From an uncultured Gemmatimonadaceae bacterium (GTDB lineage: Bacteria > Gemmatimonadota > Gemmatimonadetes > Gemmatimonadales > Gemmatimonadaceae): a DNA stretch of 64,000 bases. The position numbers were made by a program, and so were the translations under genes. The DNA lies in contig CAVUDW010000003.1 in NCBI GenBank assembly GCA_963740355.1, forward strand, positions 1,184,001-1,248,000, given 5' to 3'. Position 1 is the first letter of the stretch; every line of letters starts with the position of its first letter. Below are positions 59,658-64,000 of this stretch, piece after piece. Under the pieces are notes generated by a model, which was given only the letters and a program-made list of their open reading frames with translations, was not told where the DNA came from and searched no databases.

Positions 59658-60850
59658 CCCAGGCGCTGCGCCACGTGCGCGAGATAGGCGTCGTAGTTGC
59701 GCCGCATCTCCCCCAACGAGTCACCACCGAACTTCTCGAGCATCGCGTCGGCCAATACCAGCGCCAGCATCGCCTCGGCAATCACACCCATCGCCGGCAC
59801 CGCCGTCACATCGCTCCGCTCCACCACGGCCTCGGCGGGTGCCGAGGTGGTGGTGTCGATGGTCTGCAGCGGCTTCATGAGCGTCGCGATCGGCTTCATG
59901 GCCACCCGCACGACGACCGGCTCGCCACTGGTCATGCCGCCGTCCAGGCCACCGGCTCGGTTGGTAGTGCGCCGAACATTCGCCGCGATGGTGCGCCCGG
60001 GCTCGATCGCGATTTCGTCATGCACTTCGGCGCCGGTCTTCCGCGACGACTCGAAGCCCATCCCGATCTCGACGCCCTTCACGGCGGGAATGGACAACAT
60101 CGCCTGACCGATGCGGCCGTCGAGCTTCCGATCCCAGCTGACATGCGATCCGAGGCCAACCGGCAGCCCGCGCGCGACGACTTCGCAGATGCCGCCGAGG
60201 GTATTGCCATCGGCCTTCGCTTCATCGATGCGGGCGATGATCCTCGCTTCCGAGGCGCGGTCGAGTGTGCGTACCGGGCTCAGGTCGGACGCCGCGTTGA
60301 GGTCGTCCGGAAGCTCGACGTCCGCAGCGTCGATGCCGCCCAGATGCACTAGGTGGCTGCCGATCGAGACGTTGAAGGCCTTGAGCAGCGCACGGGCGAT
60401 GGCTGCGCCTGCCACGCGAGCCGTGGTCTCGCGAGCCGACGCGCGCTCGAGGATGTCACGCGCGTCTTCGCGATCGTACTTGAGAATGCCAGTCAGGTCG
60501 GCATGGCCAGGGCGAGGCCGTGTGACCGACCGCTTCCGCAATCCATCGACATCTTCGTCGCGCGGGGCCGCATCCATGATCTCGACCCAGTTCTTCCAGT
60601 CGCGATTGCGAATGAGCATGGCGATCGGTGAGCCGAGCGTCTCGCCAGCGCGCACACCGCTGAGGAATTCGATCTCGTCTCGCTCGATCTGCATCCGTCG
60701 GCCGCGGCCGTAGCCTTGCTGGCGACGGAACAGGTCGGCGTTGATGTCTTCGGCACGCAACGGGATACCCGCTGGCATGCCCTCGATCGTGCAGACGAGC
60801 GCGGGGCCGTGGGATTCACCGGCCGTGGTGAGGCGGAGGAGACGGAGCAT
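59654..60850 (-). CDS. aroC: Chorismate synthase
   Basis: TAGESHG, PRPGHAD, ERASARET, MKPIAT, RSDV. Confidence 0.98.
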   Translation of the reverse strand: MLRLLRLTTAGESHGPALVCTIEGMPAGIPLRAEDINADLFRRQQGYGRGRRMQIERDEIEFLSGVRAGETLGSPIAMLIRNRDWKNWVEIMDAAPRDEDVDGLRKRSVTRPRPGHADLTGILKYDREDARDILERASARETTARVAGAAIARALLKAFNVSIGSHLVHLGGIDAADVELPDDLNAASDLSPVRTLDRASEARIIARIDEAKADGNTLGGICEVVARGLPVGLGSHVSWDRKLDGRIGQAMLSIPAVKGVEIGMGFESSRKTGAEVHDEIAIEPGRTIAANVRRTTNRAGGLDGGMTSGEPVVVRVAMKPIATLMKPLQTIDTTTSAPAEAVVERSDVTAVPAMGVIAEAMLALVLADAMLEKFGGDSLGEMRRNYDAYLAHVAQRLG

Positions 60851-61020
60851 GATGAGAGCAATCTATCCCAGCTCGCCAACACCGAGATATGGAGCTATCT
60901 CAGCGGGGAGGGTGTTGAGATACAGGTAGGTTTTTCATGTGATCAGCGTACGGACGACAGCTCAGTTGGCAAATCATGCCGGGGCCGGGAAATGCGACCT
61001 TGACGTGATGGGAGCTGGGC

Positions 61021-64000
61021 ATGCAGGAGCAACACGATCGGCCGTCGGGGCACGATGCGCTCGCCTTCCTTTCCGGCGGCGGCGAGATGGGGACACTCAT
61101 CCGTGCATTCGACTGGTCGCACACGCCCCTCGGGCCGATCGAGTCGTGGCCCGGCAGCCTGCGAACGACCGTGAGCATCTGCCTGGCCTCGGACCTGCCC
61201 ATCTGCATCATCTGGGGCGTCGGGCTGGTCCAGATCTACAACGATGGATATCGGGCGATTTGCGGCGGCAAGCATCCGCGATCACTGGGCCAGAACTTTC
61301 CGGAATGCTGGCGCGAGGCGTGGCCGGTGATCGGAGACGCGCATGATTCCGCTCTCGCCGGCGACACGGCCTTTTTAGAGACACAACGCATCTTTCTCGA
61401 TCGGTACGGCTACACGGAGGAGTGTTTCTTCACCTTCTCGTTCAGCCCGATCCGTGATGAGGCGGGTCGCGTGGGCGGCCTCTTCCACCCCGTCATCGAG
61501 ATGACGGCCAAGATGCAGGGAGAACGGCGCACACACGCACTGCGCGATGTCGCATCCCGCACGGCCAACTCCACCACGGTCGACGAGGCCTGCGCGCTCG
61601 CCGCGCACGCCATGGCAAGCCACGACCGGGATGTTCCCTTCGCCTTGATCTACCTCTTCGACGCCCACGACAAGTCGGCCCGACTGGCCGCATCGATTGG
61701 ATTGTCTGACACGGATCTCGCGAACATCGCCTCCGTCACGAGCGACGGGTCATCACAAGCATCGTGGACGCTGTCCGAAGTCCAGCGAACTGGTGAGACC
61801 CAGACGATCGATGACCTCGAGACGCGGTTCGGCATTCTCGCGTGCGGTCCGTATCCGGAAGGCCCACGCACCGCGCTGGCACTGGCGCTCAAGGCGCCAG
61901 GTTCCGAGCGCCCAGTGGGCGTGCTCGTCGCTGGGGTGAGCAGTCGACTCCGCCTGTCGCAAGGCTACCGCGACTTCCACGAACTGCTGGCGGCGACCGT
62001 GTCGACCGCGGTGACGAATGGGCGCGCCTTCGAGGACGAGCGTCGGAAGGCGGAAGCGTTGGCGGAGCTCGATCGGACGAAGACTGCCTTCTTCTCGAAC
62101 GTCAGTCACGAGTTCCGCACCCCGTTGACGCTGATGCTTGGCCCGGTCGAGGACATGCTCGCGCACAGCCAGACCGACTTGTCGCCCGCAGCGAAGAGTC
62201 AGTTGGAGGTCGTCAACCGGAATGGAATGCGGTTGCTGCGCCTGGTAAACACACTGCTGGATTTCTCGCGCATCGAGGCGGGACGAGTGCGGGCGGCGTT
62301 CCAGCCGACCAACCTCACCACATTCACGACGGAACTGGCCAGTGTCTTCCGGTCAGCCTGCGAGCGTGCGGGGCTGGTCCTCACCGTTGAATGTGAGCCA
62401 CTCGGCGAGCCGGTGTTCGTCGACCGAGACATGTGGGAGAAGGTCGTGCTGAACCTCCTCTCGAACGCGTTCAAGTTCACGTTCGCGGGAGAGATCGCCG
62501 TCACACTGCGGAAAGTCGGCAACGCTGCCGAGCTCCGGATTCGGGATAGCGGCACCGGCATTCCCTCGAGCGAAATGCCGCGCCTCTTCGAGCGCTTTCA
62601 CCGCGTCGAGAATGCCCAGGGTCGGACCCACGAAGGGAGCGGCATTGGGCTCTCGCTGGTGCAGGAACTGATCAAGCTGCATGGCGGCTCGATCACGGCC
62701 GAGAGTGTGGTAGACGAAGGAACGACCTTCATTGCGTCGCTGCCGCTCGGATCGGCGCACCTGCCGAGTGACCAGATCGCCGAGGGACGCAGAACCGAAT
62801 CCGCCGGCATCGGTGCGATGCCATATGTGGAAGAGGCACTGCGATGGCTCCCAGACGCTATCGCCGTCGACATCGACCCGCCGATGTACAGCGAGCCATT
62901 GCCTGTGCCCTACCTCGGCAATGAACGTGATGGCGACGAGCGGCCGCGTGTGCTGGTGGCGGACGACAATGCTGACATGCGGCAGTACCTCGTTCGGTTA
63001 TTGGCCGAGCATTTTCGCACTGAAGCCGTACCAGATGGGGAGGCCGCGTTGGCGGCGGCCCGCGTCAGCGTTCCGGACCTCATCCTGTCCGACGTGATGA
63101 TGCCACGTCTCGATGGTTTCGGTTTGTTGCGAGCGTTGCGTGCCGACCCGCGCACCGGTGGCGTGCCGGTCATCATGCTCTCGGCCCGCGCTGGTGAGGA
63201 AAGCCGGGTGGAGGGCATGGAGGCTGGGGCTGACGACTACCTGGTGAAGCCATTCGGTGCCAGGGAGCTGCTGGCCCGCGTGCGAGCGCACCTGCAGATG
63301 GCGCGAATGCGGCAGGAAGCAAATGCGTCGCTGCGAGAGGGTGAGGAGCGGCTGCGCATGGCATTGACGGCGGCTCGCATGGTGGCATGGGAACTGGACT
63401 TCGCCACCAGCGCCATCGTTCTCTCGGACAATGCCGCCGACGTCTTCGGTCTTTCTCCGGCCACGCAGCTCGCGCGCTGTGAGCAAGTCTTCGCGCTCGT
63501 ACATCCGGATGACGTGGACCACCACCGTGCCACCGTGATGAAGGCGGCGGCTGAGTGCAGCAGCTACATCAGTCAGTTCCGACTCGCGCGCGATGCCGAC
63601 GAGCCGACGATTTGGCTGGAGGACCGAGGCCACTGCATCGGAGACGCTGCCGGGAAGACCGTGCGCATCGTCGGCGTCGTGATGGACATCTCGGCGCGCA
63701 AGCGGTCGGAGGCCGAGATCCAGATGCGTGAGCGACAAACGCGCACGATTCTGGAGTCGATCACGGATGGGTTCTTCGCTCTCGACCAGGAGTGGCGATT
63801 CACGTACATGAATGCGGCGGGCGAACGCTTCCTCAATCGTGCGCCAGGCGATTGGCTTGGCAAATGCGTGTGGGACGAATTTCCAAGCGTGGCTGGAACC
63901 GATTTCGAGCGCGTGTATCGGAGCGTTGCGAGTTCCGGCGTGGCCGAGTCCTTCACGGCACACTACTCGGACTTCGATCGATGGTACGAGGTCAGCGCGT
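61021..64000 (+). CDS. Large hybrid sensor kinase (PAS/GAF-HisKA-HATPase-REC-PAS...), 3' partial
   Basis: Absent from the ORF track because there is no stop in the window. Manual translation MQEQHDR..GGGEMGTLIRAFDWSHTPLGPIESWP, FFSNVSHEFRTPL, GSGIGL, VLVADDN, SDVMMP. Confidence 0.9.
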   Translation, partial: MQEQHDRPSGHDALAFLSGGGEMGTLIRAFDWSHTPLGPIESWPGSLRTTVSICLASDLPICIIWGVGLVQIYNDGYRAICGGKHPRSLGQNFPECWREAWPVIGDAHDSALAGDTAFLETQRIFLDRYGYTEECFFTFSFSPIRDEAGRVGGLFHPVIEMTAKMQGERRTHALRDVASRTANSTTVDEACALAAHAMASHDRDVPFALIYLFDAHDKSARLAASIGLSDTDLANIASVTSDGSSQASWTLSEVQRTGETQTIDDLETRFGILACGPYPEGPRTALALALKAPGSERPVGVLVAGVSSRLRLSQGYRDFHELLAATVSTAVTNGRAFEDERRKAEALAELDRTKTAFFSNVSHEFRTPLTLMLGPVEDMLAHSQTDLSPAAKSQLEVVNRNGMRLLRLVNTLLDFSRIEAGRVRAAFQPTNLTTFTTELASVFRSACERAGLVLTVECEPLGEPVFVDRDMWEKVVLNLLSNAFKFTFAGEIAVTLRKVGNAAELRIRDSGTGIPSSEMPRLFERFHRVENAQGRTHEGSGIGLSLVQELIKLHGGSITAESVVDEGTTFIASLPLGSAHLPSDQIAEGRRTESAGIGAMPYVEEALRWLPDAIAVDIDPPMYSEPLPVPYLGNERDGDERPRVLVADDNADMRQYLVRLLAEHFRTEAVPDGEAALAAARVSVPDLILSDVMMPRLDGFGLLRALRADPRTGGVPVIMLSARAGEESRVEGMEAGADDYLVKPFGARELLARVRAHLQMARMRQEANASLREGEERLRMALTAARMVAWELDFATSAIVLSDNAADVFGLSPATQLARCEQVFALVHPDDVDHHRATVMKAAAECSSYISQFRLARDADEPTIWLEDRGHCIGDAAGKTVRIVGVVMDISARKRSEAEIQMRERQTRTILESITDGFFALDQEWRFTYMNAAGERFLNRAPGDWLGKCVWDEFPSVAGTDFERVYRSVASSGVAESFTAHYSDFDRWYEVSA

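Overview
GC-rich bacterial chromosome segment; gene content and protein style suggest Gemmatimonadota (inference only). A mostly minus-strand housekeeping backbone (aroC-aroK-smg-like-topA-trmFO-xerC-hslV-hslU, argF-bcp, gcvT, sigma54 activator, sdaAB-sdaAA, pspA) is interrupted by three accessory blocks. (1) About 6.0-22.8 kb: a protease/signalling island with two secreted caspase-family (C14) proteins, a secreted M48-TPR protease, a short S8 protease, a GAF protein, a CHASE2 class III cyclase with an atypical specificity residue, a DUF928-like protein, a small secreted protein, a pseudokinase, an ECF sigma factor carrying an N-terminal anti-sigma-like domain and a class A PBP. Several of the secreted proteins share [T/S]RG[G/A/L] linker motifs, and a 71-bp tandem repeat closes the island. 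(2) About 24.5-31.7 kb: a convergent module with a visibly lower-GC core. A BTAD/P-loop ATPase regulator faces a membrane HD-GYP protein, which is preceded by a 22-aa peptide gene missing from the ORF track (MGFWAAFAGLIAAAFGGTQTWN). The peptide gene has a perfect Shine-Dalgarno, a GGA-repeat leader and a sigma54-type promoter, making this a candidate peptide-signalling cassette. (3) About 32.9-46.9 kb: a general-stress island (Ku, LigD, DUF892-like, DUF883-like, paralogous hybrid kinases, GGDEF-HisKA fusion). Several genes carry frameshifts that may be assembly errors. No rRNA, tRNA, CRISPR array or transposase was recognised.
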